Position numbers and translations under genes: made by a program | DNA from: a virus | Taxonomy: Duplodnaviria; Heunggongvirae; Uroviricota; Caudoviricetes | IMG/VR virus record: IMGVR_UViG_3300037504_000227 | Coordinates: 11,201-75,200 of that record | DNA length: 64,000 bases | Reading direction: 5' to 3' (one strand) | Part shown: positions 49,624 to 58,349 of the stretch, piece after piece | Layout: each line of letters opens with the position of its first letter | How positions within the stretch are numbered: the first letter of the stretch is position 1 | Notes under the pieces: model-generated | Database searches by the model: none | The model's input: only the letters and a program-made list of their open reading frames with translations | What the model was told of the DNA's origin: nothing

Positions 49624-50340
49624 TTAGTTCAGAAATGGTATGTCTCCTGATTTGTACTGTTCCTCAGTGATAAGTGGGAACTCTGGACAAGCAAACGCGC
49701 CCCATCCCCACTTGCCAAACACCTTGTTGTTGTCCTCTCTCGCTTTGTACTGTGCTCTTAGATCATCCTGGTGCCTTGAGTGGTCAATGATTGTGTGCGG
49801 AGATGCCTCAACAGTGTACCCCTTACTCCATATGGTCAGTGACAGATGCGGGTCACCACCATAAGTCCGTGACAGATTGCCCCACCATCCACAGTGTTTC
49901 CCCAACCACTTCCGTGTCATCCCGAAGTTGGCATACGTTCTTCCACAGGCCTGCTTGATTACATATTGCCCTTTTGTCCCAGGCTCTTTGTGAGGGAATG
50001 CAAGCTGTCCTATGGTTGGGTTGTGGTCCAGATACGATGCATCTCGACACAGGTTACCGAACATCACGCAGTCGTCGTTGACGTGAACGACGTATTTCCC
50101 CCTGGCAATCCTGAACCCTGTGTTGAAGGCAGGGATTGCCCCGACCAACTTGCCCTGAGCAAACAGGTTTACATCGTCTTGCTTTTTGCACCATTCAAGC
50201 GTGTCATCCTCAGATCCCCCATCGACTACAACGATCTCGTATGGGGAGTACGCGATGCTTTCTCTAACGCTCTCTATACAAGGCTCAAGTAGCTCAAGCC
50301 TGTTGTATGTGGCAATGACGACAGAGATGCGAGGGTTCAC
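49624..50340 (-). CDS. family 2 glycosyltransferase
   Basis: ISVVIATYNRLELL...EIVVVDGGSEDDT. Confidence 0.7.
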   Translation of the reverse strand: MNPRISVVIATYNRLELLEPCIESVRESIAYSPYEIVVVDGGSEDDTLEWCKKQDDVNLFAQGKLVGAIPAFNTGFRIARGKYVVHVNDDCVMFGNLCRDASYLDHNPTIGQLAFPHKEPGTKGQYVIKQACGRTYANFGMTRKWLGKHCGWWGNLSRTYGGDPHLSLTIWSKGYTVEASPHTIIDHSRHQDDLRAQYKAREDNNKVFGKWGWGAFACPEFPLITEEQYKSGDIPFLN

Positions 50341-50540
50341 TGATCGCTTTCTGCGTTAGGATCTGTTGGGGGATTCTGTGCTGCCTGCGATCCAACTCTC
50401 AGGATGCGATTGATCTCTGCGCGAGCGCCCATATGCTGGTAATACTCTGCATTCTTTTGCTCGATCTCTTCCTCCAACTTCTTCATTGCGTTCTCGTGCT
50501 CTGTTTTCCAGAAAATCAACTGCTGTGCGTTAAGTGCCAT
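50337..50540 (-). CDS. hypothetical small coiled-coil protein
   Basis: ORF. Confidence 0.3.
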   Translation of the reverse strand: MALNAQQLIFWKTEHENAMKKLEEEIEQKNAEYYQHMGARAEINRILRVGSQAAQNPPTDPNAESDQ

Positions 50541-51208
50541 TAGCTACTCTCCTTTAGATATTTCTCCCACTGAATAATCGACCAATCCTTTACATCAAGC
50601 CAATCGCTCTCTGTAATCGGCTTGACAGACAAATGTCCACACTGAAGCCCTGTATCAATCCATATTTTCTCGTTAGCTTCCTCCCTGATCTTCAAACACA
50701 GCCTAACGTCACTCCCAACTACAGGCTCATCACCAAACGGCCCTAAGCGTGAATAAGGCGGCTCTAACTTCTCTAGCACAGTCCTATGAAGCAACAAGCA
50801 TCCGTGCCCCGTAGCGCCCGCCTCTACCAGTGCATTCTTGGGATAGTTAAACATCCTGGTCTTAGGCCAATGGTGAATTGGCTCCATCTGAAACGGAATA
50901 GGCCACGTGTGATCGCCACGACTAAAGTACATAGCAGAGACAACCTTCTTGTTGTGGCTTAGAAGCCTGTCCAATGCACCCCGCGGCACCTCCATATCCG
51001 TGTCTACAATCCACAACCACTCCGAGCCACTTTCCTCCAGGAAGTTGTTAATCAGCAATTCCCTAGCATACTCAGAGCGCATCCCCACCTTAGACCAGAT
51101 ACGTGACACTCTGGGATGCAGAACGATGTCAAACAATGTACTTGTGACGAATCGCGCTGCGATCAGTTCGGGGAATAGTAGGAGAAGATCAACCTTGCCA
51201 TCATCCAT
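50540..51208 (-). CDS. GT-A-fold glycosyltransferase-like protein
   Basis: WIVDTDMEV motif; paralogous to 42681-43367. Confidence 0.4.
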   Translation of the reverse strand: MDDGKVDLLLLFPELIAARFVTSTLFDIVLHPRVSRIWSKVGMRSEYARELLINNFLEESGSEWLWIVDTDMEVPRGALDRLLSHNKKVVSAMYFSRGDHTWPIPFQMEPIHHWPKTRMFNYPKNALVEAGATGHGCLLLHRTVLEKLEPPYSRLGPFGDEPVVGSDVRLCLKIREEANEKIWIDTGLQCGHLSVKPITESDWLDVKDWSIIQWEKYLKESS

Positions 51209-51524
51209 CTTTGCACTCCATCACTGCGTGGATTCTGTCTAGTTCTTTCTGCAATTCGTTGACCATCATCTTCGTCGCAGCAAACTCCTCGACACATCCC
51301 AGCACAGTGCTTAGATCAGTCTCTCTGACCCTGTATTCGAGCCTGTCTCTAGCCTCCCATATTGTTACGCCCTCCACAGCCTGGGCAAGCGAATTGAGCA
51401 CAGCGATTTCGTCGCCAGTCATCTCAACAATACAGTTTCCTTTAGGGGTTCTGCCAATCTCTTTCACTTTTGTCTCCTTTTGCAAATACAATTGCATTAT
51501 ACGACACGCTCGCAACATTGTCAA
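51201..51524 (-). CDS. hypothetical protein
   Basis: ORF; first gene of minus-strand island. Confidence 0.35.
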   Translation of the reverse strand: MTMLRACRIMQLYLQKETKVKEIGRTPKGNCIVEMTGDEIAVLNSLAQAVEGVTIWEARDRLEYRVRETDLSTVLGCVEEFAATKMMVNELQKELDRIHAVMECKDG

Positions 51525-51534
51525 GTCGGGATAG

Positions 51535-51569
51535 TTTTAAGGTTGACTTTCGGCCTTTTGTGGTATAAT
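51535..51569 (+). promoter_or_regulatory. phage promoter TTTTAAGGT-N16-GTGGTATAAT driving a near-leaderless mRNA
   Basis: TATAATAGGGTCACGATG: ATG 8 nt after -10. Confidence 0.55.
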
Positions 51570-51577
51570 AGGGTCAC

Positions 51578-51812
51578 GATGGCCTATGAAAACTATGACA
51601 ATATTCCAACACGAATAGAGAAGTTCATGCGGCAGTTCCCGCCAGGGGTAATAATCCCCAAGCCAGTGCTATATACTGCTGTGTGGGGCGGGGAGTACAA
51701 TAGATTGTGCGACAATACTATTCGTGCAAACATAAGCTATTTGAGGAAGAGCGGGTTTTCAATCAGAGTTAGAAGAGGAAAGGGGTATGTGTGGGAGGAA
51801 ACAGATGGATAA
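51578..51812 (+). CDS. hypothetical protein (78 aa, basic C-terminus)
   Basis: ATG directly after promoter. Confidence 0.4.
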
Positions 51813-52221
51813 ACTGTCGTGGTCGTCTAGAGCACATCGTGTTCACAAGGCTACTGCGAGTGCTCGCGCAACATATGAAGTGAATGCCAAGTTTGCTTAT
51901 GAAAGGATGCGGGAAGGCCCGTATCTGGAAGACTTTGGTGTAGGTGGGCCTTTCATTGTAATCCCGTCTGACTGGTACAGAGAAGAAGCTAAAGAGTATT
52001 GGGCAAAGGCCGGGTTCACCTTTAGATATTTGGATGGGCTTCCAAGTTGGGTTAGATCAACTGACAGGCCGTGGAAGGACCGCAAGTTTACTCCGATGGC
52101 CTGGCTCAAGTGGGCAAGAGATAGATTCTATGACTTCTTTGGCTCAGAGCTTTGCCAGCATGGGGATCTAGTGTTGAAGAAAGACTTTGTGAGGGAGGGA
52201 TTAAGTGACAAAGATGGATAG
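51787..52221 (+). CDS. hypothetical protein
   Basis: ORF. Confidence 0.4.
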   Translation: MCGRKQMDKLSWSSRAHRVHKATASARATYEVNAKFAYERMREGPYLEDFGVGGPFIVIPSDWYREEAKEYWAKAGFTFRYLDGLPSWVRSTDRPWKDRKFTPMAWLKWARDRFYDFFGSELCQHGDLVLKKDFVREGLSDKDG

Positions 52222-52289
52222 GGATAGCTTGGCGCTCGCAATCATAACCCTAGTTGTTATAGTAGCTATTAGACTTCTAGGAGGCTAGT

Positions 52290-52580
52290 GTGAAAATTGT
52301 CGTGTTTGATAATGAACATAGATGGATTCAGCATGTCAGGGATGAACTTGGCGACATCGTGGCAACTACAGACCAGGAAGATGTGAAAGATGCAGATCTA
52401 GTCATTGTTGCGCCTAGGTTTTTGGACTCTATAGATTGCGACGGCGATATTGTCGTTGCAACGTCTAGGCCAACAACAAATGGCGCGCTGAAAGCATTTA
52501 GATGTGGCGCAATCAGGTATATAGCCAAAACGTTTGGTGATTTGGAGGAAATTCATGCCATATGCAGTAAGTCTCAGTGA
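52290..52580 (+). CDS. degenerate receiver (REC/CheY-like) domain protein
   Basis: KIVVFDNEH ... DLVIVAPRFLD pattern; TAGGAGG RBS, GTG start. Confidence 0.35.
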   Translation: MKIVVFDNEHRWIQHVRDELGDIVATTDQEDVKDADLVIVAPRFLDSIDCDGDIVVATSRPTTNGALKAFRCGAIRYIAKTFGDLEEIHAICSKSQ

Positions 52581-52815
52581 TTGGCACGCTCGCAAGGATA
52601 GATTGCCTGTACAAATTCTTTTCTCTGGTGTAGTCAGCGAGGGCTCAGAGATCGTTGAGGCAGAGAAGGGGCGCGTTGATGGAACAGCTGTGCTACTGGA
52701 CTGTGACGACGAACGTGGAGAGGCAATCCACTTTGTCCTGCGCAAGAAGTTCACTAAGAATCTGTTTCGGATGTACTACAGCAAGACAGGAGAGGGCGGA
52801 TGGAAACGAGTCTGA
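52555..52815 (+). CDS. hypothetical protein
   Basis: GGAGGAA RBS. Confidence 0.35.
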   Translation: MPYAVSLSDWHARKDRLPVQILFSGVVSEGSEIVEAEKGRVDGTAVLLDCDDERGEAIHFVLRKKFTKNLFRMYYSKTGEGGWKRV

Positions 52816-53099
52816 GGTCTGGGTTTATGTATCTCCTTGGATACGCAAATGCTTTACAGAATACGTTTGGTGTAATATCTAAGGTTGGTGCTACTAGAGC
52901 AGATATTATCCATCTTCTAGCGCGGGCCGACGAAATGCAAATGTATCTCCAGCGACAGACAGACGCAATCCTTGAGTGCGGGAGTGTTGTTTGGATTGAT
53001 CCAATGGTCGAAGGGATGATTCAAAGTTGGCCGTTTGAGGACTTGGTTGACAAGACCATTGTTCGCGCTGCGATGAAAGGGGAAAAAGATGGCGCTTAA
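52800..53099 (+). CDS. hypothetical protein
   Basis: ORF. Confidence 0.35.
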   Translation: METSLRSGFMYLLGYANALQNTFGVISKVGATRADIIHLLARADEMQMYLQRQTDAILECGSVVWIDPMVEGMIQSWPFEDLVDKTIVRAAMKGEKDGA

Positions 53100-53292
53100 C
53101 TTTAACCCTGGCCTTGGCACTGTGAACGAATACTTTGAAGTCATTGAGGATGGTGAGGTTGTCACAGAGGGCGAGGCCTATATCCTAGACGATGGAGAGA
53201 TCTGGATTGAGTTCTGGGAATCTGGTGAGCTGACGTTCTCGGAGATGAAAGAGATGGTTGAGAAAATCGAGGGATGGGCGAATGCCAGATAA
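53089..53292 (+). CDS. hypothetical acidic protein
   Basis: ORF. Confidence 0.35.
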   Translation: MALNFNPGLGTVNEYFEVIEDGEVVTEGEAYILDDGEIWIEFWESGELTFSEMKEMVEKIEGWANAR

Positions 53293-54688
53293 TTACACTA
53301 TTATCTGCGACGATGTGATTTCTGCATTGCAACAATACGACGATGGTGTATTTCGCGGATGCTTCTGTGATCCGCCATATGGCCTGACAGACATTACCAA
53401 AGATGACATCGTTGATGTTTTGACACACTGGCTTTTGGGAGATGCGTACAACGGGACAGGCGGCGGGTTTATGGGGAGAAGTTGGGACTCGTTTGTTCCT
53501 GGTCCAAACTATTGGAGTGAAGTGTATCGTGTGCTTAAACCTGGGGGCAACTTGCTTGCGTTCGGTGGAGCGCGGACGTATGACTTGCTAACGTTAGCGC
53601 TTAGATTGGCTGGGTTTGAGATTCGGGATACTGTGTATTGGGTGCATGGGCAGGGAATGGCGCTTGGATTAAATATTGGCAAGGCTGTTGACAGTCACCT
53701 TGGGGCAGAGAGAGAAGTGGTCGGGAAGGGGCACAGTGGTGCATCATATAACCTTGCTGGGGGCAACGACAGACCGTGGCATGAAGATCGCAAAAACGAC
53801 AATGGACGCATCGAGTACGATATTACAACCCCGGCAACAGAGCAAGCCAAGATATGGGACGGATATAACACACGACTAAAACCAGCAGTGGAGCCAATTG
53901 TGTGGGCAATGAAGCCAAGAGACGGAACGTTTGCTGAGAATGCGCTGAAACATGGTGTTGCAGGAATCAACGTGGATGGGTGCAGGGTGCCGACAGATGG
54001 TAGGCCGAAACGCGAAGTGGCACAGGCAAACAAAGACGTGGATTATTCGGGAACATCCTTAGCTGGAAGACTGGACGGTTCTCTGCAAACAAACAAAGCT
54101 GTTGGGCAAACTGATCAGGGGAGATTCCCTGCCAATCTAATTCACGACGGGAGCGATGAGGTAACTCAATTCTTCCCAAGAACACCAGGACAGCAAGGCA
54201 GAGTTGGTCCAGAGATGGGCAAGAAGGACAGCGTAAACGTCTATGGCGATTATGGCGAACGTCCAGAGTTCACTCCCAGGGGCGATCAAGGCTCTGCTGC
54301 TCGATACTTTTACTGTGCCAAGGCATCTGGGTCAGAGAAAAATGCGGGATGTGAAGATCTCTATTGGCGCAAAGACAAATCGTCATCAACTGGATTCGTG
54401 CGCATAACTAGACGAGAGTGGCAAGATCTTCCCAATAATCGTCGCGCAAGAGGCAACATCCATCCAACAGTTAAACCATTGGCCCTAACAGAGTATCTAG
54501 CCAAACTAATTAAACCGCCACAGGGAGGAAGATTGTTGGTTCCGTTCTCTGGAAGCGGGTCTGAGGGCAAAGGCGGCATTGCCGCTGGATGGGATAGAGT
54601 GACATTGATCGACGTAGAGCAAGCGTATTGTGACATCGCAGATGCAAGATTGGGAATGGCAATTCAGATGAAGTTGAACTTTCTGTAA
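53282..54688 (+). CDS. DNA N6-adenine (or N4-cytosine) methyltransferase
   Basis: motif IV CFCDPPYGL and SAM-binding region. Confidence 0.7.
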   Translation: MPDNYTIICDDVISALQQYDDGVFRGCFCDPPYGLTDITKDDIVDVLTHWLLGDAYNGTGGGFMGRSWDSFVPGPNYWSEVYRVLKPGGNLLAFGGARTYDLLTLALRLAGFEIRDTVYWVHGQGMALGLNIGKAVDSHLGAEREVVGKGHSGASYNLAGGNDRPWHEDRKNDNGRIEYDITTPATEQAKIWDGYNTRLKPAVEPIVWAMKPRDGTFAENALKHGVAGINVDGCRVPTDGRPKREVAQANKDVDYSGTSLAGRLDGSLQTNKAVGQTDQGRFPANLIHDGSDEVTQFFPRTPGQQGRVGPEMGKKDSVNVYGDYGERPEFTPRGDQGSAARYFYCAKASGSEKNAGCEDLYWRKDKSSSTGFVRITRREWQDLPNNRRARGNIHPTVKPLALTEYLAKLIKPPQGGRLLVPFSGSGSEGKGGIAAGWDRVTLIDVEQAYCDIADARLGMAIQMKLNFL

Positions 54689-54696
54689 GGAGGAAC

Positions 54697-54909
54697 ATGA
54701 ACATATTCAAGTGGCTCAAAAGTGGACGAGCTCGATACAAGAAGGACGCACAAGGAAACCCTATCAAGTTCAAGATGCCTGCCCCCAAGACCCCCAAAGT
54801 CAGGGGCAAGGCCAAGCAGAAGCCGAAAGACTGGAAGAAGAAGAGAAAGAAGAAGCGTAAGATGGCTAAAGAATCCCGGCGCAAGAATCGCTGGGCAAAT
54901 CAGGGGTGA
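54697..54909 (+). CDS. highly basic Lys/Arg-rich small protein (possible DNA-binding/condensing protein)
   Basis: KPKDWKKKRKKKRKMAKESRRKNR; AGGAGG RBS. Confidence 0.45.
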   Translation: MNIFKWLKSGRARYKKDAQGNPIKFKMPAPKTPKVRGKAKQKPKDWKKKRKKKRKMAKESRRKNRWANQG

Positions 54910-55060
54910 TACATGTTGATGATATGCTACGCAATCGCGTGTAGAATCGCCAAGAAAAAGGTCGATGAAGTGTTTCTGTTTACCCTCTTGATGTTTGATG
55001 CCATTGTATTTGCGATGTTGGTTATTCCAGTGACAGCTGCGCTTCTGCTAGGAGGATAAT

Positions 55061-55201
55061 ATGCTACAATCAGAGAATGGTCAAGGGCTTGTCGAGTACG
55101 TGCTGATTTGCGTACTGGTTGCTATCGTGGTGCTTTCTGCTGTGGCGCTGTTTGGACCCGTGATTGAGGAGGCGCTGAACAAGATAGCAGACAAGCTATA
55201 A
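55061..55201 (+). CDS. Flp/Fap-pilin-like small protein (46 aa)
   Basis: MLQSENGQGLVEYVLICVLVAIVVLSAVALFG; AGGAGG RBS. Confidence 0.45.
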   Translation: MLQSENGQGLVEYVLICVLVAIVVLSAVALFGPVIEEALNKIADKL

Positions 55202-55210
55202 CACAAAAAG

Positions 55211-55240
55211 CCACAGCGCAATGCTGTGGCTAAATGTGTT
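55211..55240. terminator. bidirectional intrinsic terminator CCACAGC-gcaat-GCTGTGG
   Basis: between convergent genes; on minus strand followed by TTTTTGTGT. Confidence 0.55.
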
Positions 55241-55250
55241 CCAATGTTAT

Positions 55251-55718
55251 CTATGCAGTTGACGTGGCTGACAACTCGACGTACTTTAGAGATCCACCTG
55301 CTGTGGTCACTGCAAGGAACCACTTGTTGGATTCGTCTGTTGCGCGCACGACTCTCAGTGAACCTGTCTCGCCCGTGCCTGGTGAAGCACTTGTATATCC
55401 AAGGTTTGTCCATCCCTGAACATCTAGTGTGTTGTAGCTCGATGCGTCTTGCTCAAGCTTCAAGGCAGGTCGCGTGTCCGAAGCGTGATCTTGCTTAATC
55501 ACAACAACGGCGGCGTCGGTGCTTGTTGCAGTCAGGTTGCGCGTGACATTAAACGACGGATTCGATCCATACAGATCAATGTCACCTGTCTGGATGTTGA
55601 AGTCCAAGTCAACATATTCATCTGAGGTTCCAACCTCAAAGTCCGCCCCAGATGAATAGGGCTTCATCTTGAGATGTCCTCTTATGAAAGTTGTTCTCCA
55701 AAACTTATTAACTGGCAT
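55251..55718 (-). CDS. hypothetical protein (possible head-tail joining component)
   Basis: ORF downstream of capsid genes. Confidence 0.35.
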   Translation of the reverse strand: MPVNKFWRTTFIRGHLKMKPYSSGADFEVGTSDEYVDLDFNIQTGDIDLYGSNPSFNVTRNLTATSTDAAVVVIKQDHASDTRPALKLEQDASSYNTLDVQGWTNLGYTSASPGTGETGSLRVVRATDESNKWFLAVTTAGGSLKYVELSATSTA

Positions 55719-55788
55719 ACTATCCTCCTAATGTGTGGGTACAGACCCCCACTGGTCATATGCTGGGGTACAGTCCCCCCAGCCAGGA

Positions 55789-56085
55789 CTATCTATTTCC
55801 GTGAGTGTTATGTCCGTGAACGTCCAGCAGAGAAGCGTGAGTAAACTTCGCCCCACACTCCCCACACTCAAACAGTTCATCACTATCTGGCACAGGGACA
55901 ACGTGCTTGTTCCGAAGCAAGCCTTCGTCATTCTTGAACCCCTTTAGCTCAAAGACTTGCCCGCGGTCAAACTTGTCCCCGCCATAGGAAAACCCCTCAC
56001 GGGCTACAGCTACTAGCATATTTTGTCTCCTTTGCTCACTTGACATTTCCAAGATTTGTGCTATACTTATTCTAACCAAAATCAC
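55789..56085 (-). CDS. protein with classical C2H2 zinc finger
   Basis: FECGECGAKFTHASLLDVHGHNTH fits C-x2-C-x3-F-x5-L-x2-H-x3-H. Confidence 0.45.
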   Translation of the reverse strand: MILVRISIAQILEMSSEQRRQNMLVAVAREGFSYGGDKFDRGQVFELKGFKNDEGLLRNKHVVPVPDSDELFECGECGAKFTHASLLDVHGHNTHGNR

Positions 56086-56103
56086 ACGATAGGAGAATCA
56101 AGT

Positions 56104-56964
56104 ATGGGAAGATCCCCCAAGTATGATGCTCAAGAAGCGCTGTGTATTTATGAAGAGGAAGGTACGTATGCCGCCGTTGCCAGAGCGTTTGGATGTAGTC
56201 AATCGTCTGCTACACAAGCTGTTCGTCGCGCCCAAGGTGTGTGCTTGTTTTGTGGAGACGAAACCGTTGAAGGTCGCTCGTTTTGCGAGAAGCATTTGAA
56301 GGTTCAACGTGAGAATTCCCGCAAACTATATCATCGTAGAAAGTTAAACGGCATCTGCCCCAACTGTGGCAAGAAATCCAACAGAGATGGTACGCTTTGC
56401 CGAGAGTGTGCCGACAAAAACACTCAACACACAATGAAGAGCGGCAACAAGGCGCGCGACCAAGGACTATGCTTCAATTGCCGGTCAAGCCCACTGTCAG
56501 AAAGATCTGACTGGCTGTGTGAGACATGTCTAGATAAAACAAATAGGAGAACCAAGGCTCGTCGCGAAGAATTGTTGGATGCAGGAATCTGCATTCGTTG
56601 CAGAGAAGCTCCGTCTACAGACGAAAACAAATCCTATTGTCAAGAGTGTAGGGAGATAGTTAACGAAGCCAAGCGTCTCAAAAACAGCAACTCTGAGTGG
56701 GCAATGAATCGTCGTCGAGCGATGAAAGAAAACGGTCATAGATGTCAGATATGTGGAGAGAAAGCCAAGGTGGGGCATCACATTGATGAAAGTGGAAACA
56801 CAGACAATCCAAATGATGCGATTGACAACATTGCTGTTTTGTGCTGGCCTTGCCACGGCAGACTTACAGCAGCTCTTGAATTGTTAAAGTTAGATAATAT
56901 TGAGTATATCTTGAGGCTGTTGGCGGAGTCTCCGCACAACAACCTGCAAGATTATCTCAATTAA
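56104..56964 (+). CDS. HNH endonuclease with multiple zinc ribbons
   Basis: CQICGEKAKVGHHIDESGNTDNPNDAIDNIAVLCWPCHGR; seven CxxC pairs upstream. Confidence 0.7.
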   Translation: MGRSPKYDAQEALCIYEEEGTYAAVARAFGCSQSSATQAVRRAQGVCLFCGDETVEGRSFCEKHLKVQRENSRKLYHRRKLNGICPNCGKKSNRDGTLCRECADKNTQHTMKSGNKARDQGLCFNCRSSPLSERSDWLCETCLDKTNRRTKARREELLDAGICIRCREAPSTDENKSYCQECREIVNEAKRLKNSNSEWAMNRRRAMKENGHRCQICGEKAKVGHHIDESGNTDNPNDAIDNIAVLCWPCHGRLTAALELLKLDNIEYILRLLAESPHNNLQDYLN

Positions 56965-57932
56965 TCGGCGATTCCTGAGAAGAAAGCCCCTGCATCGGCA
57001 ACCAAGGACTTCTGATCGTAGTACGACCGAACCTCAACCACGTCGCCCATGCGTTCCTCGTCTCGATACTTGCGCATCCACTGCGGTCCGCCGCCTGCAT
57101 TTGAGCTGGTGCGCCAAACGAAGGTGTACCCTGCGGCTGGCTCCATCAACATCGGGTTGTCAGGAACGTACAGCAACAGAGCGTCGTCGTCCCAGTTGGC
57201 ACTTAGTGTCACAGAAGCCTCTGCAAGCCCTTCCTCGTCAGCAGTGTAAACGCTGGTGCCGACTAGAACCTTGCTTAGACCGAACATTGAAGCCAGTAGA
57301 TCCTGGGTTGCAATGCCGCGCTCAGTGTACTTAATACGGTCAAGCACGTCTGGGTGATCCAGAAGCTTGTCGTAGGTCAGGTCGCCAAGGACCAAGCAGT
57401 TTGGGTCACGCCCGATTAGGCGTCGAACGGTACGCTTGTAGGTGCGAACATCCACGATTGGATCGCTGGTACCGAAGTCGCTCCACTTGTTGACCGTGCT
57501 CCCACCTGTGATATCCGTGGTCCAAACACTGGTGCTCCAGAAGTCGGACACGAATGATCGCTCCCTGCGAAGCATTAGGCGATCAGTCACCCACTTGGTA
57601 GCATCGCGGTCGATATTGAATGGGTCGTCCTGGTTTGCGCGCTGGTCGTCAGAGATGAAGTAGCGCAGACCGAAGCGGTCGCAGTAGTATGTGGTGGTGG
57701 TCGTCACGTCGAATCCTGCGAACGGCGCAGTGCCGCCCTCAGAGATTCGGTCCGCCATATCACGGAACCAGTGTGACTTATCGTACTCAGGAACGATGTC
57801 GGTTTGCTTATCCACCATCACAGTTGGGAAAATCTCATCTGCGATGTAACGTGGATTCGAATATGCGACGGAAATATCCGTCAGCATCTTATTTACATGT
57901 AGATCACTTGCTGATGGCATGAAAACTGGCAT
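56961..57932 (-). CDS. major capsid protein (lambda gpE-like)
   Basis: 323 aa; order protease/scaffold - decoration - capsid mirrors lambda C-Nu3-D-E. Confidence 0.6.
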   Translation of the reverse strand: MPVFMPSASDLHVNKMLTDISVAYSNPRYIADEIFPTVMVDKQTDIVPEYDKSHWFRDMADRISEGGTAPFAGFDVTTTTTYYCDRFGLRYFISDDQRANQDDPFNIDRDATKWVTDRLMLRRERSFVSDFWSTSVWTTDITGGSTVNKWSDFGTSDPIVDVRTYKRTVRRLIGRDPNCLVLGDLTYDKLLDHPDVLDRIKYTERGIATQDLLASMFGLSKVLVGTSVYTADEEGLAEASVTLSANWDDDALLLYVPDNPMLMEPAAGYTFVWRTSSNAGGGPQWMRKYRDEERMGDVVEVRSYYDQKSLVADAGAFFSGIAD

Positions 57933-57946
57933 TAGTTAATCCTCCT

Positions 57947-58345
57947 CTAGCTAGCCAAGTAAGCTGGGCCGGTAAGGACGATGCTGGCGATGTCGCCTGC
58001 AGATCCACAGCCAGTCTCAACAACGCCTACCATGTAAACCCCAGTGGTCGTACCAGGGGTAACAACAGCCGCCTGTCCATCTGCTGAAGTGCTCACAACG
58101 TTGCCTGCAGTCAGAGACTCGTTAGCCGAAATCTTAGAGTGCCCCTTGATCCTCACCCGTGCTTCCTGTGAAGTCTCAGGCTTGTTCTGCAGAACGCCGA
58201 GCACTACATCTGTGGTCCCATCGCATACGTCAACCTGACCATCCCCGCTCAACTCTACGAAGTAATACTGTTTCGAGCTAAGATCATTCTCTGCCTTCAG
58301 AGTGATGTCCTGCCCGTCGTATTGTCGTGCTCCCTTTACAGCCAT
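57947..58345 (-). CDS. head decoration protein-like
   Basis: 132-aa Gly/Val/Thr-rich beta protein between scaffold and capsid genes. Confidence 0.45.
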   Translation of the reverse strand: MAVKGARQYDGQDITLKAENDLSSKQYYFVELSGDGQVDVCDGTTDVVLGVLQNKPETSQEARVRIKGHSKISANESLTAGNVVSTSADGQAAVVTPGTTTGVYMVGVVETGCGSAGDIASIVLTGPAYLAS

Positions 58346-58349
58346 TTAT

